Source of the DNA: Candidatus Carbonibacillus sp.
GTDB taxonomy: Bacteria > Bacillota > Bacilli > Thermicanales > DSM-22653
Direction of reading: 5' to 3'
Length of the DNA stretch: 38,505 nt
NCBI GenBank assembly: GCA_034007185.1
Contig: JAVERJ010000001.1
Span: forward strand, 1-38,505
Each line of letters opens with the position of its first letter. The stretch's first letter is position 1. The translations under genes and the position numbers were made by a program. Shown one piece after another: positions 1 through 10,968 of this stretch. The notes under the pieces were generated by a model, which saw only the letters and a list, made by a program, of their open reading frames with translations, ran no database searches and was not told the DNA's origin.

Positions 1-249
1 ACTTTTGCCGTAAAGCCAACGCATCCCTTCGAGGTGAAAACGGTCGTGGAAGTGCGCCAAACGATGCAGGACGAACTTTTGGTCTGGCATCACGGACAAG
101 CTTTTGCATTGCGGGAAACGCAAAGGCCTGAGCGCCAGCCCAAAACAAAAACAGCGAGTCCTGCGTCGCCACGCAAGCCCGCTGCAAATCATCCATGGCG
201 TCAACCATGGAAAATTAAGAAGCAGCTTCAACGTAGCATAAATCCATGA
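1..249 (+). CDS. 3' end of an ORF open to the left window edge. Hypothetical, possibly the C-terminal region of a DDE (IstA/Mu-like) transposase.
   Basis: Frame 1 is open from nt 1 (TFAVKPTHPFEVKTVVEVRQTMQDELLVWHHGQAFALRE...) to the TGA at 247-249. The tail is low-complexity and rich in Pro/Lys/Arg. The resemblance to transposase C-termini (V.VR...D.L.V.H.G pattern) is loose. Direct repeats follow at 409-445. Confidence 0.25.
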   Translation, partial: TFAVKPTHPFEVKTVVEVRQTMQDELLVWHHGQAFALRETQRPERQPKTKTASPASPRKPAANHPWRQPWKIKKQLQRSINP

Positions 250-408
250 CCGTTGACAAGCCTGACCGGCCTTTCTTCCCATCCGGGAAACGGAAGGGGG
301 CGGTCAACAAGGGTGGCTCCAGCCGTCGTCACTAGACGATTGCCGCAAGGCAAACCTTGACGGATGTACGGCGTTTCCCGATAATCAACAAATCCCGGCC
401 AGAGTATA

Positions 409-445
409 TGACATTTTCACGGAACAGTTAAGGTGACATTTTCAC
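409..445. repeat. Two direct copies of TGACATTTTCAC with a 25-nt period, followed by TTGACA/TGTCA at 452-457. Candidate transposon-end repeats or a protein-binding site.
   Basis: Exact 12-mer at 409-420 and at 434-445. The repeats lie in the 240-nt non-coding gap between the edge ORF and ppaX. Confidence 0.4.
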
Positions 446-488
446 TGACGATTGACAGGACAACGGGTGTAATTTTTTTTTACATGTA

Positions 489-1220
489 TTAAACTGGCAT
501 ATCCTTTAATAACAATGACAAAAGTGCTCGCGGTTCGGAGAGAAAAACATCCGCTTCTAGACCAGAAAAAAGCTCTGGACGGGCGATCGACCAACCCACG
601 AGAATAGAGCGTACACCTGCTGCACGCGCTGCCTGTACATCAACCGGCTGATCTCCAACGTAATAGACCGTCGCGCGATCGTCCGGCATGAAGACAGTCG
701 CTTTTGAAGATTTTCCCACACGTTCATTGCTTTTCTCATGGTTTGGCACATGTGCCCCAAGCCGCATCAAAGCTGTGTGGAGGGGCTCGGGATGCGGTTT
801 ATGGGCGTAGACATCCTCAAATCCGACCACTGTCTGAAAAAAATGCGTCCACCCCAGTTGCTCGAGCGCATGTTCTGTGGACGCACGTTGCCGACTGGTG
901 ACAATCCCCATCGGTACACCATAGGCATAGAGCGTTTCTAAAACTTTTTGCATGCCCGGCACCGGGGCGAGATGCGTCGCAAAAATTGATTTTTGATACG
1001 TACGGTACATGTCGATCAGCGGCTCAGGATCCGCGTCTGGAAGGAGACGTAAAAATTGTTCCCGAAGCGGCAGTCCCAGATAATCGATCAGATCCCGACG
1101 ATCGTATTGTCCGGGACGAACGTGCTCTAACACGTGTAAAAGACTCGTTAACACCATCTCACCCGTATCGGCGATCGTCCCATCAAAATCAAAAAGTACT
1201 ATCGTTTTTTTGTGCGTCAT
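489..1220 (-). CDS. ppaX: HAD-superfamily pyrophosphatase, PpaX-like
   Basis: N-terminal DFDGT(I/L) HAD motif, KPHPEP, and GD..D near the C-terminus. Position downstream of hprK-lgt matches the B. subtilis hprK-lgt-yvoD-ppaX order. The start overlaps the lgt stop by 4 nt. Confidence 0.8.
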   Translation of the reverse strand: MTHKKTIVLFDFDGTIADTGEMVLTSLLHVLEHVRPGQYDRRDLIDYLGLPLREQFLRLLPDADPEPLIDMYRTYQKSIFATHLAPVPGMQKVLETLYAYGVPMGIVTSRQRASTEHALEQLGWTHFFQTVVGFEDVYAHKPHPEPLHTALMRLGAHVPNHEKSNERVGKSSKATVFMPDDRATVYYVGDQPVDVQAARAAGVRSILVGWSIARPELFSGLEADVFLSEPRALLSLLLKDMPV

Positions 1221-2059
1221 GCGCGTATCACATCCGGAGGGTACGGGACATTGGGGGGATCGAGATAGCGGACGGACGGACCCAACCGTAAGCGGCGCAC
1301 GATGATCATAAGTAACGATAAGCCGATGATCACCAGCCCAATCACTTGAGCAATGCGGAGCGTGGAAGTGAGCATCAAGGAATCGGTGCGCATGCCTTCA
1401 ATGTAAAAGCGACCGATCGAATACCAGATGAGATACGTAAAAAATAACTCTCCGCGCGCCAAATTGACCCGGCGCAAAGCCAATAAGAGCAAAAATCCGC
1501 TGAAATTCCAAAGCGATTCATACAAAAAAGTGGGATGATAATAGACACCGCCGATGTTCATCTGCTCAATGATCCAATTGGGCAAATGCAAACGCTCTAA
1601 AAAAGCACGTGAGACTTCTCCGCCATGCGCTTCTTGATTCATAAAATTACCCCAACGCCCAATGGCCTGACCGATGATCAAACTCGGTGCCGCGATATCT
1701 GCCAGCCACCAAAAGGAAACGCCCCGGCGCCGCGCATACCATAAACCGACCAAAACGGAGCCAATCAAGGCGCCGTGAATGGCCAGTCCGCCTTCCCATA
1801 TGGCAAAAATAGAAGCGGGGTGGGAAGCGTAATATGGCCACATAAAAGCGACATAGTATAAACGCGCCGAGAGAATGGCGACCGGCACGGCATACAGTAA
1901 AAGATCGATAAAAAAATCACCAGGTACACCAAAACGACGCCCTTCACGCATCGCCAGCAAAAGACCGATGAGTGCTCCGGTCCCAATGATTAATCCATAC
2001 CACCGAACAGACAAAGGTCCGAGCGAAAAAGCGACTGGGTCAAACACAGGATGGTTCAT
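1217..2059 (-). CDS. lgt: Prolipoprotein diacylglyceryl transferase
   Basis: 280 aa polytopic protein with the typical Lgt N-terminus ([18 protein letters not shown]), a GRWGNF motif, and the synteny position after hprK. Confidence 0.9.
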   Translation of the reverse strand: MNHPVFDPVAFSLGPLSVRWYGLIIGTGALIGLLLAMREGRRFGVPGDFFIDLLLYAVPVAILSARLYYVAFMWPYYASHPASIFAIWEGGLAIHGALIGSVLVGLWYARRRGVSFWWLADIAAPSLIIGQAIGRWGNFMNQEAHGGEVSRAFLERLHLPNWIIEQMNIGGVYYHPTFLYESLWNFSGFLLLLALRRVNLARGELFFTYLIWYSIGRFYIEGMRTDSLMLTSTLRIAQVIGLVIIGLSLLMIIVRRLRLGPSVRYLDPPNVPYPPDVIRA

Positions 2060-2106
2060 CGAAAACTCCTTTCCATATCATAAGACATACCGTTGCGAGG
2101 GATATG

Positions 2107-3051
2107 TTAATCATACGCCTCATCAACTTGCCGCACAAGCACGTGATCCAGACGATCAGCAAACTGTTGCGCAGCGTTATAGCCCATCAGTTTTAAGCGA
2201 TGATGCATGGCCGCGACTTCGACAATGACCGCCAGGTTCCGTCCGGGACGCACAGGAATCACAACAAGCGGTAAATCTGTATCTAGAACACGCGTATGTG
2301 CTTCATCAAGGCCTAAGCGATCGTAATTTTTTCGCGAATCCCAGTATTCTAAGCGCACGACGAGCGATATTTTTTTTCGAAGGCGGATCGCCCCAGCACC
2401 AAAAAGCGCCATGACATTTAAGATGCCTAGACCGCGAATCTCTAATAAGTTTTCAATGATGGCCGGGGCCTCACCGACCAGTTCCCCTTGGGACGTTTGT
2501 AAAATTTCTACCGCATCATCAGCAACCAAGCGATGGCCACGTTTGATGAGCTCTAAAGCCGTCTCACTTTTACCGATACCGCTCGTGCCCGTAAGCAGGA
2601 TGCCGATGCCATACACTTCAACGAGGACGCCGTGCATCGTCGTGCGTGGGGCCAATTCCATTTCTAAAAAATTGGTCAGCTCGCTGATCAGTTTGGTCGT
2701 CGTAATGTTCGATTCTAAAAGCGGTACACCGTGCGATTGTGCTTCACGGATGAGATCGTCCGGGGCCGTGACGCCATGGGCAATAATGATACACGGTGTA
2801 TCTTCGTGCATAAGCTTAGAAAAACGATAGCGGCGAACTTCCGGAGAAAGATCCTGTGCAAAACTCATTTCCGTCTTGCCGATGACTTGAATGCGCCGCA
2901 CGGGATGATAAGCAAAATAACCGGCAATGGCCAAGCCCGGACGGTATATCTCGCTCACCGTAATGACCCTCTCCAGTCCCTCCTCCCCGGCCAGGACGTT
3001 CAGCTTAAACCGTTCGACGAGACGCCGCGTTGTCAGTTTGCGCCCTTCCAT
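2107..3051 (-). CDS. hprK: HPr kinase/phosphorylase
   Basis: 314 aa with Walker A GTSGIGKSETALELI, the LVADD signature and an HprK-type N-terminus (FKLNVLAGEEGL). Confidence 0.93.
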   Translation of the reverse strand: MEGRKLTTRRLVERFKLNVLAGEEGLERVITVSEIYRPGLAIAGYFAYHPVRRIQVIGKTEMSFAQDLSPEVRRYRFSKLMHEDTPCIIIAHGVTAPDDLIREAQSHGVPLLESNITTTKLISELTNFLEMELAPRTTMHGVLVEVYGIGILLTGTSGIGKSETALELIKRGHRLVADDAVEILQTSQGELVGEAPAIIENLLEIRGLGILNVMALFGAGAIRLRKKISLVVRLEYWDSRKNYDRLGLDEAHTRVLDTDLPLVVIPVRPGRNLAVIVEVAAMHHRLKLMGYNAAQQFADRLDHVLVRQVDEAYD

Positions 3052-3082
3052 ACGCTCCCCTCCTGCCTAGGTTAAGTTTTGA

Positions 3083-5947
3083 TTACGATTGTGTCAGCGT
3101 GACTGAAGATGATCGACTGCGTTCAAGAAGCGGCGCCAGAAACTGCCCCGTATAAGAACGTGGCTCACGGGCCACCGCTTCCGGTGTACCTGTCGCCACG
3201 ATCGAGCCACCACCATCGCCACCTTCTGGTCCGAGATCGATGATATAATCGGCTGTCTTGATCACATCGAGATGATGTTCTATGACGAGCACCGTATTGC
3301 CCGCATCGACCAAGCGATGTAAAACTTCTAAGAGTTTTCGAACATCCTCAGAATGAAGACCCGTGGTCGGTTCATCGAGAATATAAAGCGTCCGTCCTGT
3401 CGCCCGACGGGCGAGTTCGGTGGCCAGTTTGACCCGCTGCGCCTCACCGCCGGATAACGTCGTCGCACTTTGACCGAGACGAATGTAGCCAAGACCGACA
3501 TCTTCCAAGACTTCGAGTTTACGCGCAATCCTTGGAATCGATTCGAAAAAGCTACGGGCTTCTTCGACGGTCATATCGAGCACATCGGCAATGGTTTTCC
3601 CTTTATAGCGCACCTCTAGCGTCTCTCGATTGTAGCGCTGACCTTTACAAGCCGAACACACCACGTAGACATCCGGTAAGAAGTGCATTTCAATTTTTAA
3701 AAGACCATCGCCGCGACATACTTCACAGCGACCACCTTTAATATTAAAGCTAAAGCGCCCTTTTTTGTACCCACGCATCTTGGCTTCTGGCGTGTTCGCA
3801 AACAGTTCACGAATATCGTCAAACACGCCGGTATACGTCGCAGGATTGGAACGCGGTGTGCGCCCGATGGGGCTTTGGTTAATATCGATGACTTTATCCA
3901 GGTACTCCCATCCCTCAATGCGTGCATGTGCACCGGGTCGCGTATGCGCCCCATTGAGACGGGCCGCGGCTGCCTTATAAATAATTTCGTTGACCAAGGT
4001 ACTTTTCCCCGATCCGGATACACCGGTGACTGCGACAAATAGTCCTAAAGGAATGTGAACATCGATCGATTTTAAGTTATTTTCCCGTGCACCATAGATC
4101 GAAAGATACCGGCCATCCGGCTGTCTCCGTGCCTCCGGCATCGGAATGCTGCGCCGGCCGGACAAATATTGGCCCGTGAGCGATGTCGGATGATGCATCA
4201 CTTCCTCTGGTGTGCCCTGCGCGACCACTTCCCCACCGTGCGCCCCCGCTCCGGGTCCGATATCAATGACGTAATCTGCAGCGCGAATCGTATCTTCGTC
4301 ATGTTCCACGACGATAAGTGTATTGCCGAGATCACGCATTTGCTTTAACGCTTGAATCAAGCGGTCGTTGTCACGCTGATGCAACCCGATGCTGGGCTCA
4401 TCGAGAATATAGAGCACGCCAACGAGTTTGGAACCAATTTGTGTCGCGAGACGAATACGCTGCGCTTCACCGCCGGATAAGGTGCGTGAAGCGCGTGATA
4501 GTGTTAAATAGTCTAATCCGACTTCAATTAAAAACGATAGACGTGCTTCAATCTCCTGAAGAATGGGCCGAGCCACTTGTGCTTGTTCTGCCGTGAGTGC
4601 AAGCGTCTCTAAAAAACGCCGTGTCTCTTTCAGCGGCATACGGCTGACTTCATCAATATCGTATCCACCGACCTTCACGGATAAAGCCGCTGGATTCAAA
4701 CGTTTACCTTGACACGTTTCACAGATGTGTTCGCTCATAAAGGACTCAATCCATGTTTTCACTGCTTCTGAGTCGCTCTCTTGATAGCGTCGCGTCAGGT
4801 TGGGGATGATCCCTTCATAACGCACCATCCCTTCCCGCGTTGAACCAAACTCGCTCGTGTAGCGAAAGGGAAAACGCTCCTCGCTGCCATAGAGGAGTAG
4901 ATCTTGTGTCGCCTTCGGTAGATCTTTAAAGGGTGTCTGCGTATCGATCCCAAAATGCTCTGTCACAGCCTGTAAAAGCTGTTCGTAATACGTTCCCCGA
5001 GCGTTGGCAACCGGCGCCAGAGCCCCTTCTTCAAGCGAGCGATCTGGGTTCGGGACGACGAGCATCGGATCAACCACCAAGCGCATGCCGAGTCCATCAC
5101 AGCTCGGACAAGCGCCGATCGGCGCATTAAACGAAAAAAGACGTGGAGAAAGCTCAGGGATCGTAAAACCACAGATGGGACAGGCCATCTTTTCACTGAA
5201 GATCAGCTCTTCCCCATCGCGTTCGCCGCCGACGATCAACACTTTCACCTTGCCGTCAGCCAATTGAAGCGCCGTTTCTAACGAGTCGGCTAAGCGCGAA
5301 CGCACCCCTTCTTTGATCACCAAACGGTCGACGACGATCTCAATGGTGTGTTTTTTATTTTTCTCAAGCCGAATGTCATCTTCGATCTCCCGAATCTCTC
5401 CATCAACCCTAAGACGCGTGAACCCTTGCCGACGGATGGATTCAAGGAGTTTGACGTGCTCACCTTTCCGTCCTTCGACCACGGGCGCAAGCAGTTGAAG
5501 ACGCGTTTTTTCAGGCAACGTGAGCAAGCGATCGACCATCTCGTCGACGGTCTGCGCTGTAATCGGCAGATGGTGCGTTGGACAAATGGCCGTTCCGACA
5601 CGCGCAAACAAAAGTCGCAAATAATCGTGTATTTCTGTGACCGTCCCGACCGTTGATCGCGGATTGGCACTTGTCGTCTTTTGATCGATGGATATGGCTG
5701 GGGAGAGTCCTTCGATGGCATCGACATCCGGTTTGTCCATCTGTCCCAAAAACTGACGGGCATACGCAGAGAGCGACTCAACATAACGCCTTTGACCTTC
5801 GGCATACAAGGTGTCGAAAGCGAGGGAAGATTTACCTGAACCGGACAGTCCCGTCAAGACGACGAGTTGACCACGTGGAATGGTGACATCGATATTTTTT
5901 AGGTTGTGGACGCGCGCCCCTTTGACGATAATCGCTTCTTGGGCCAT
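3083..5947 (-). CDS. uvrA: Excinuclease ABC subunit A
   Basis: 954 aa with two ABC ATPase modules ([14 protein letters not shown] and [10 protein letters not shown]), zinc-finger Cys clusters, and the canonical start [19 protein letters not shown]. An AAAGGAG SD lies upstream. Confidence 0.97.
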   Translation of the reverse strand: MAQEAIIVKGARVHNLKNIDVTIPRGQLVVLTGLSGSGKSSLAFDTLYAEGQRRYVESLSAYARQFLGQMDKPDVDAIEGLSPAISIDQKTTSANPRSTVGTVTEIHDYLRLLFARVGTAICPTHHLPITAQTVDEMVDRLLTLPEKTRLQLLAPVVEGRKGEHVKLLESIRRQGFTRLRVDGEIREIEDDIRLEKNKKHTIEIVVDRLVIKEGVRSRLADSLETALQLADGKVKVLIVGGERDGEELIFSEKMACPICGFTIPELSPRLFSFNAPIGACPSCDGLGMRLVVDPMLVVPNPDRSLEEGALAPVANARGTYYEQLLQAVTEHFGIDTQTPFKDLPKATQDLLLYGSEERFPFRYTSEFGSTREGMVRYEGIIPNLTRRYQESDSEAVKTWIESFMSEHICETCQGKRLNPAALSVKVGGYDIDEVSRMPLKETRRFLETLALTAEQAQVARPILQEIEARLSFLIEVGLDYLTLSRASRTLSGGEAQRIRLATQIGSKLVGVLYILDEPSIGLHQRDNDRLIQALKQMRDLGNTLIVVEHDEDTIRAADYVIDIGPGAGAHGGEVVAQGTPEEVMHHPTSLTGQYLSGRRSIPMPEARRQPDGRYLSIYGARENNLKSIDVHIPLGLFVAVTGVSGSGKSTLVNEIIYKAAAARLNGAHTRPGAHARIEGWEYLDKVIDINQSPIGRTPRSNPATYTGVFDDIRELFANTPEAKMRGYKKGRFSFNIKGGRCEVCRGDGLLKIEMHFLPDVYVVCSACKGQRYNRETLEVRYKGKTIADVLDMTVEEARSFFESIPRIARKLEVLEDVGLGYIRLGQSATTLSGGEAQRVKLATELARRATGRTLYILDEPTTGLHSEDVRKLLEVLHRLVDAGNTVLVIEHHLDVIKTADYIIDLGPEGGDGGGSIVATGTPEAVAREPRSYTGQFLAPLLERSRSSSVTLTQS

Positions 5948-7923
5948 GCTTCTTCTCCTTTCAACTCGATCAATAGATCGCGTAGCTCTGCAGCGCGTTC
6001 AAAGGCGAGATCAGCCGCTGCCTGTTTCATCTCTTGCTCTAGACGACGGATGAGCGTCTCCCGCTCCTCAGAGCGCAATGCTTTTTGAATGTCTGTTAGA
6101 TAATCAGCCGCGCGTTCCCGTACTTTGGTCGCCTCGATGACTTCATAGACTTGCTTTTTAATCGTCTGCGGGGTAATACCGTGTGCTTCATTGTAAGCCA
6201 TTTGGATCGCTCGGCGCCGCTTGGTCTCTTCGATGGCCCGACGCATCGATTCAGTCATCGTATCGGCGTAGAGAATGACCATGCCATGCGCATTGCGAGC
6301 AGCGCGACCGATGGTCTGGATGAGTGATGTCTCCGAACGGAGAAACCCTTCTTTATCCGCATCTAAGATGATGACCAAACTCACCTCAGGAAGATCCAAA
6401 CCTTCTCGCAACAAGTTGATGCCGACGAGAACATCAAACGACCCAAGTCTCAAATCGCGAATAATGGTCAAGCGTTCGATGGTGTGAATATCGGAATGCA
6501 TGTAACGCACCCGAACGCCCATTTCTTTCAAGTAGTCCGTCAGATCTTCTGCCATCTTTTTTGTCAACGTCGTAATAAGGACGCGTTCGTCGCGTGACGC
6601 TCGAATGCGCACTTCTTCCAAAAGATCATCGATCTGACCTTTGGTCGGGCGAACCACCACTTCCGGATCGAGAAGTCCTGTTGGACGGATGATTTGCTCG
6701 ACAACATCCGGTGCTTTGGCGCGTTCATACGGTCCAGGGGTCGCGGAAACAAAAACAGCTTGGTGGATTCTTGCTTCGAATTCTTCAAACTTGAGCGGTC
6801 GGTTATCGACCGCCGAAGGTAGACGAAAACCGTACTCGACGAGTGTCATTTTTCGTGAATAATCGCCATTGTACATACCGTTGAGCTGTGGGATGGTCAC
6901 GTGTGATTCATCGATCATGATCAAAAAATCGTCTGGGAAATAGTCGAGAAGCGTATACGGGGCAGCGCCCGGCGGACGGCCTGTAAGATGGCGCGAATAA
7001 TTCTCAATCCCTGAGCAAAACCCCATCTCTCGCATCATTTCCAGATCAAAACGGGTGCGCTGCTCTAGGCGCTGCGCCTCTAATAACTTTCCTGCCTGAC
7101 GCAGTTCGTTCAGTCGCGCATGAAGCTCTTGTTCGATGCTTTTAATCGCCCGCTGCATCACTTCTTCACGGGTTACATAGTGTGAAGCGGGAAAGATGGC
7201 CACATGCTCACGATCGCCTTTAATCTCACCGGTTAATACATCGATCTCGGTGATCCTCTCGATTTCATCACCAAAAAATTCAATGCGAATCGCCTGTTCA
7301 CTGCGTGATGCAGGAAACACTTCTAAAACATCGCCACGAACACGAAACGTCCCACGATGAAAATCGTAGTCGTTGCGCACATACTGAATATCCACAAGCT
7401 TTCTGAGAACGTCTTCGCGGGAACGCTCCATCCCTATGCGGAGTGACAAGACAAGTTCGCGATACTCTCGAGGATCCCCCAAGCCGTAGATGGCCGAGAC
7501 ACTGGCGACGACGATCACATCTCGCCGCTCGAGGAGCGCACTGGTCGCTGAGTGCCGCAATTTATCGATCTCATCATTGGTGCTGGCATCTTTTTCGATA
7601 TACGTATCCGTCTGTGGGACATACGCTTCAGGCTGATAATAATCGTAATATGAGACGAAATATTCAACCGCATTGTGCGGGAAAAAGGTGCGAAATTCAT
7701 TGGCCAGTTGGCCCGCCAATGTTTTATTTGGGGCAAGAACGAGTGTCGGCTTACCCAGCGCGGCAATAACATGCGCCATCGTATACGTCTTGCCCGTCCC
7801 GGTTGCACCGAGGAGCGTCATAAAACGACGTCCGTCTCGCAAACCGGCGACGAGTTTTTCGATGGCCTTGGGTTGATCACCTTGCGGTGGATACGGCTGA
7901 ACGAGTTTGAATGTTTGCGACAC
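5899..7923 (-). CDS. uvrB: Excinuclease ABC subunit B. Start moved to the GTG at 7923.
   Basis: Helicase motifs ([12 protein letters not shown]), the beta-hairpin region and a C-terminal UVR domain ([11 protein letters not shown]). The 721-aa ORF start is probably spurious. The GTG at 7921-7923 follows GAGGGGG and gives the usual N-terminus (M)[16 protein letters not shown]. Confidence 0.93.
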   Translation of the reverse strand: MSQTFKLVQPYPPQGDQPKAIEKLVAGLRDGRRFMTLLGATGTGKTYTMAHVIAALGKPTLVLAPNKTLAGQLANEFRTFFPHNAVEYFVSYYDYYQPEAYVPQTDTYIEKDASTNDEIDKLRHSATSALLERRDVIVVASVSAIYGLGDPREYRELVLSLRIGMERSREDVLRKLVDIQYVRNDYDFHRGTFRVRGDVLEVFPASRSEQAIRIEFFGDEIERITEIDVLTGEIKGDREHVAIFPASHYVTREEVMQRAIKSIEQELHARLNELRQAGKLLEAQRLEQRTRFDLEMMREMGFCSGIENYSRHLTGRPPGAAPYTLLDYFPDDFLIMIDESHVTIPQLNGMYNGDYSRKMTLVEYGFRLPSAVDNRPLKFEEFEARIHQAVFVSATPGPYERAKAPDVVEQIIRPTGLLDPEVVVRPTKGQIDDLLEEVRIRASRDERVLITTLTKKMAEDLTDYLKEMGVRVRYMHSDIHTIERLTIIRDLRLGSFDVLVGINLLREGLDLPEVSLVIILDADKEGFLRSETSLIQTIGRAARNAHGMVILYADTMTESMRRAIEETKRRRAIQMAYNEAHGITPQTIKKQVYEVIEATKVRERAADYLTDIQKALRSEERETLIRRLEQEMKQAAADLAFERAAELRDLLIELKGEEAWPKKRLSSKGRASTT

Positions 7924-8010
7924 AACTTCCACCCCCTCAAAACCCTTTTTCAGCGTTTGACCCTTTATCTCTATAACTATATCATAACACCTAAGCGAAC
8001 GGTAGAACGG

Positions 8011-8042
8011 CAAAAGCCACCTCGTTTTGTATTCAAGGTGGC
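8011..8042 (-). terminator. Candidate Rho-independent terminator downstream of the minJ-like gene
   Basis: GCCACCT (8016-8022) pairs with AGGTGGC (8036-8042), and on the minus strand the stem is followed by TTTTG. The 13-nt loop is rather large. Confidence 0.45.
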
Positions 8043-8089
8043 TACCGACATTTCTTTTTGTCACATTTTATACCATGAACCAATCACAC

Positions 8090-9346
8090 TCATCCCTGCA
8101 CAGAACGTTCATGACGCTCTATGGTTGTCTTGTCACGCTCATGACCTTTCTTCTTAGGATACAGCCGGTTGTCTTTTGTCTTTTTGCGGAACGCTTGAAG
8201 GAGACGATGTTGCCTATCCCAAGTGACGTCCGCCTGAGGCGGGACAAAGATCAACCCATACAGATGATGATCCCCTTCGTAGCGCGGCCCTTGTCGCAAG
8301 ATCATCTCTGAAGCTTGATCGAAACCTTGAAACCGCGTAAAGGCTGGACTTTCTTGTAAGGCACGATAATATTCCGCAATGGTGTTTACTTTTTTCCCAT
8401 TGACTTGGGTGATGCGTTCGCCAGGTACAAAGCCTAAGCGCGCAGCTGGACTTTCGGGTACGACCGCAAGGATTGTTAAGCCTTCCTGCGCTGGCAAAAG
8501 CGTACGCTGGCCCTGAACGAGCAACCGATCCACGATCGTGCGACTGCTTTCGATCGTCAGTAAAATCAAAACGGTGGCAAGTGGGCGATATACAAAGCCT
8601 TCGATCGGCAAAAGAGCGGAAAGAGCGATCAGTCCTATCATGAAAAGACCCAATAATACATAGACGGTACCCTTTTTCCGCGCAAGCGGTTTGGGAAGAC
8701 GGCCTGGGTACATGTCATTCAATGGAATAAAAAGGGGGACCATCGCCGAACCGTGCACGCCTGACGAAACACCCAACAAGGTAAGCCAAGACGTCAAGCG
8801 ATACCCAGCTTCTATCCCGCCGCGATGCGTCCGCCCTAGATAGGGTGAATACAGAGAAGGAGGGAGGAGCCAGTAGGCTAGTCCTTGACTCAAAAGGATA
8901 CTGCTGGCTGCCACCCACCAACCGCGGATAGAGGCCGTCATCGCAAGGTTGATATCGGTACGTAACGCCTCGAGCCACGGCCAGGATACCCATGATTGAG
9001 CGCTTATGGACTGGATCGTGAAGGAGAAAGCAAAAAGAAAAAGAAGAACGCGCAATGGTTGAGCAAGGCGATCGTAGAATAAGGCCCAACCCAGCGTAAG
9101 TCCCGCCCATAACCAAAGAAGCGTTGGAGGCAAAGGATCAACCCATAACCAGAGAAGGCTGGGCACAAGCGAAAGCAACAAGCCTGTGCCCAGAACCCAT
9201 ATGACCCTTATTCCCGTTTTCCCTAATGCAACGCCGAACAGATGACGTTCCCAGGCGATTTGCTGTCGATGCAAGGCCACCGTGAGGACCCAGCCGATCA
9301 GAACCGCCACCATACCGCTTCCCCAACGCATGAGCACGTCCATCAC
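8090..9346 (-). CDS. minJ: Polytopic membrane protein with a C-terminal PDZ domain, MinJ (YvjD)-like
   Basis: About 8 hydrophobic segments followed by a PDZ-like stretch (PESPAARLGFVPGERITQVNGKKV). It sits between ctpB and uvrB, as minJ does in B. subtilis. Confidence 0.6.
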   Translation of the reverse strand: MMDVLMRWGSGMVAVLIGWVLTVALHRQQIAWERHLFGVALGKTGIRVIWVLGTGLLLSLVPSLLWLWVDPLPPTLLWLWAGLTLGWALFYDRLAQPLRVLLFLFAFSFTIQSISAQSWVSWPWLEALRTDINLAMTASIRGWWVAASSILLSQGLAYWLLPPSLYSPYLGRTHRGGIEAGYRLTSWLTLLGVSSGVHGSAMVPLFIPLNDMYPGRLPKPLARKKGTVYVLLGLFMIGLIALSALLPIEGFVYRPLATVLILLTIESSRTIVDRLLVQGQRTLLPAQEGLTILAVVPESPAARLGFVPGERITQVNGKKVNTIAEYYRALQESPAFTRFQGFDQASEMILRQGPRYEGDHHLYGLIFVPPQADVTWDRQHRLLQAFRKKTKDNRLYPKKKGHERDKTTIERHERSVQG

Positions 9347-9387
9347 GTTTCCGTTTCTCCTCTTATGGTATGGCTAGCACCGTATCG

Positions 9388-10875
9388 TTATTTCTGTAAC
9401 GCTTTGAGCACCGTCTGTAAGGCTTTCTCCAACTGTCGATCGTTGTCTGGGTTTTTAATCTTTTGGACCAAGCTGTTGTTCAAGGCTTGTGCTGTCTGAT
9501 CATCAAGCTTCCCGGTGGTCAGCAACCCTTCTTTGCTCTGGAAGGCGCGCAATGCTTGTTCCGTCGTTGCATCAAAATAACCATCAGTGCGCTTTGGATC
9601 AAACCCTAGCGCCTTAAGCATTTGCTGCATCAGGGCAATGGTTTTATCATTCGTATCACGGCCCAGAGGCTTTTCCACCGCAAGCGGTGGCAGATGAAAA
9701 TAAGCCGGTTCTTGGACTTCAACCGTCGGCGTCACACCGACTTTGTGAATCCAACTGCCATCGGGTGCCAACCATTTTGCTGTCGTCAGTTTGAGTGTAC
9801 CGCCACTTGAAAGATCTTTCGGTACTTGCACGGTCCCTTTGCCAAAAGACTTCGTACCGACAATCGGGAAACCAGCATCTTTAAGACCGGCGGCTAAAAT
9901 CTCAGAGGCACTGGCGCTGCCTTCATCGATGAGTACGACAACGGGTATCCCCAGTCCTTGGCCATTCGATTTGGCGACTTCACGGTGACCATCACGGTAT
10001 TCGATTTGATACATGATTTTACCGTTTGGTAAAATCGTGTTTAAAATATGATCAACCGCACCGAGGTATCCGCCGGGGTTACCGCGCACGTCGATGATCA
10101 GCCCTTCGATGCCCTCGGCTTGAAGGTTTTTTAACGCTGCTTTAAATCGTTCATCCGTGTTTTCAGAAAACGATGTAATCTGCAGTCGACCGATGGTATG
10201 GCCATCCTTTTGAAAACGACTGCTATAAACACTTTCCAAAGGAATTTTATCCCGTATCACGGTAATGGTGATGGGTTCGCTAAGGCCATTTCGCAAGATG
10301 CCGAGTTCTACTTTGCTGCCTTTGGGACCCCGTATTTTTTTGACGGCTTCATGTAAACTCAAGCCTTCGATCGATTGTCCATCGACAGTGATGATCTGAT
10401 CGTTGGGACGAATGCCTGCTTTTTCAGCCGGTGAATCTTTAAACGGCGACACAACCGTTAAGCGATTGTTTTGCATGGTCACTTCTGTCCCTATCCCTTC
10501 AAAGGAACTGCTCAGCGACGTTTGAAACTCTTTTAGTTCTTCCGGATCCATATAACTCGTATAAGGATCGCCGAGCGCATCGACCATGCCTCGAATGGCA
10601 CCATCGATGAGTTTGGAAGCATCGGCTGCTTCTGGATCATAGTAATTGCTTTCAATCACTTGATACGCTTCAAGCAAGCGTTGAAAACCAACCGGTGCTT
10701 TGAGCGTGACCGTCTTTTCTCGTTCTGGGACCGCACCGGCAAGTGTACCATCGAGACTCGGTTTGCCCGTCAAGAGCGCTGGATTTTTCGCAAAAAGCAA
10801 GGTAAGCGCACTACCGAGGACGATGCCAAAGACAAAAAGGAGCGCCGCCCTAAGCCGTTTATGCGTCGCCATCAT
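9388..10875 (-). CDS. ctpB: S41 carboxyl-terminal processing protease with PDZ and a C-terminal peptidoglycan-binding domain
   Basis: Signal anchor, PDZ (SPAEKAGIRPNDQIITVDG), catalytic region (RGNPGG, GSASASEI, SFGKGTVQ), and a PG_binding_1-like tail (DGYFDATTEQALRAFQ). Confidence 0.88.
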   Translation of the reverse strand: MMATHKRLRAALLFVFGIVLGSALTLLFAKNPALLTGKPSLDGTLAGAVPEREKTVTLKAPVGFQRLLEAYQVIESNYYDPEAADASKLIDGAIRGMVDALGDPYTSYMDPEELKEFQTSLSSSFEGIGTEVTMQNNRLTVVSPFKDSPAEKAGIRPNDQIITVDGQSIEGLSLHEAVKKIRGPKGSKVELGILRNGLSEPITITVIRDKIPLESVYSSRFQKDGHTIGRLQITSFSENTDERFKAALKNLQAEGIEGLIIDVRGNPGGYLGAVDHILNTILPNGKIMYQIEYRDGHREVAKSNGQGLGIPVVVLIDEGSASASEILAAGLKDAGFPIVGTKSFGKGTVQVPKDLSSGGTLKLTTAKWLAPDGSWIHKVGVTPTVEVQEPAYFHLPPLAVEKPLGRDTNDKTIALMQQMLKALGFDPKRTDGYFDATTEQALRAFQSKEGLLTTGKLDDQTAQALNNSLVQKIKNPDNDRQLEKALQTVLKALQK

Positions 10876-10968
10876 TCATCGTCCTTTCTTTGTCAAGATC
10901 GTCACGCATTTATTATATCCTAAAATGGCGTTTTCTTCATCCTCTTTTTAAATGATTTTTGATACACG

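Noticed and set aside
250-400. Structured non-coding stretch considered as group II intron domains V/VI or a small RNA
   Set aside because: There is no domain V consensus (AGC...GAAA...GTACGG context), no reverse-transcriptase-like ORF upstream, and no promoter-terminator pair.
7996-8009. LexA/Cheo-box-like CGAACGGTAGAACG upstream of uvrB
   Set aside because: The two GAAC halves are direct rather than inverted, whereas the consensus is GAAC-N4-GTTC. As written it is not a valid SOS box, though it could be a decayed one.
7924-8064. 47-codon N-terminal extension of uvrB
   Set aside because: It has no homology to UvrB N-termini and runs through the minJ terminator. The GTG at 7923 with a GAGGGGG SD gives the canonical start.
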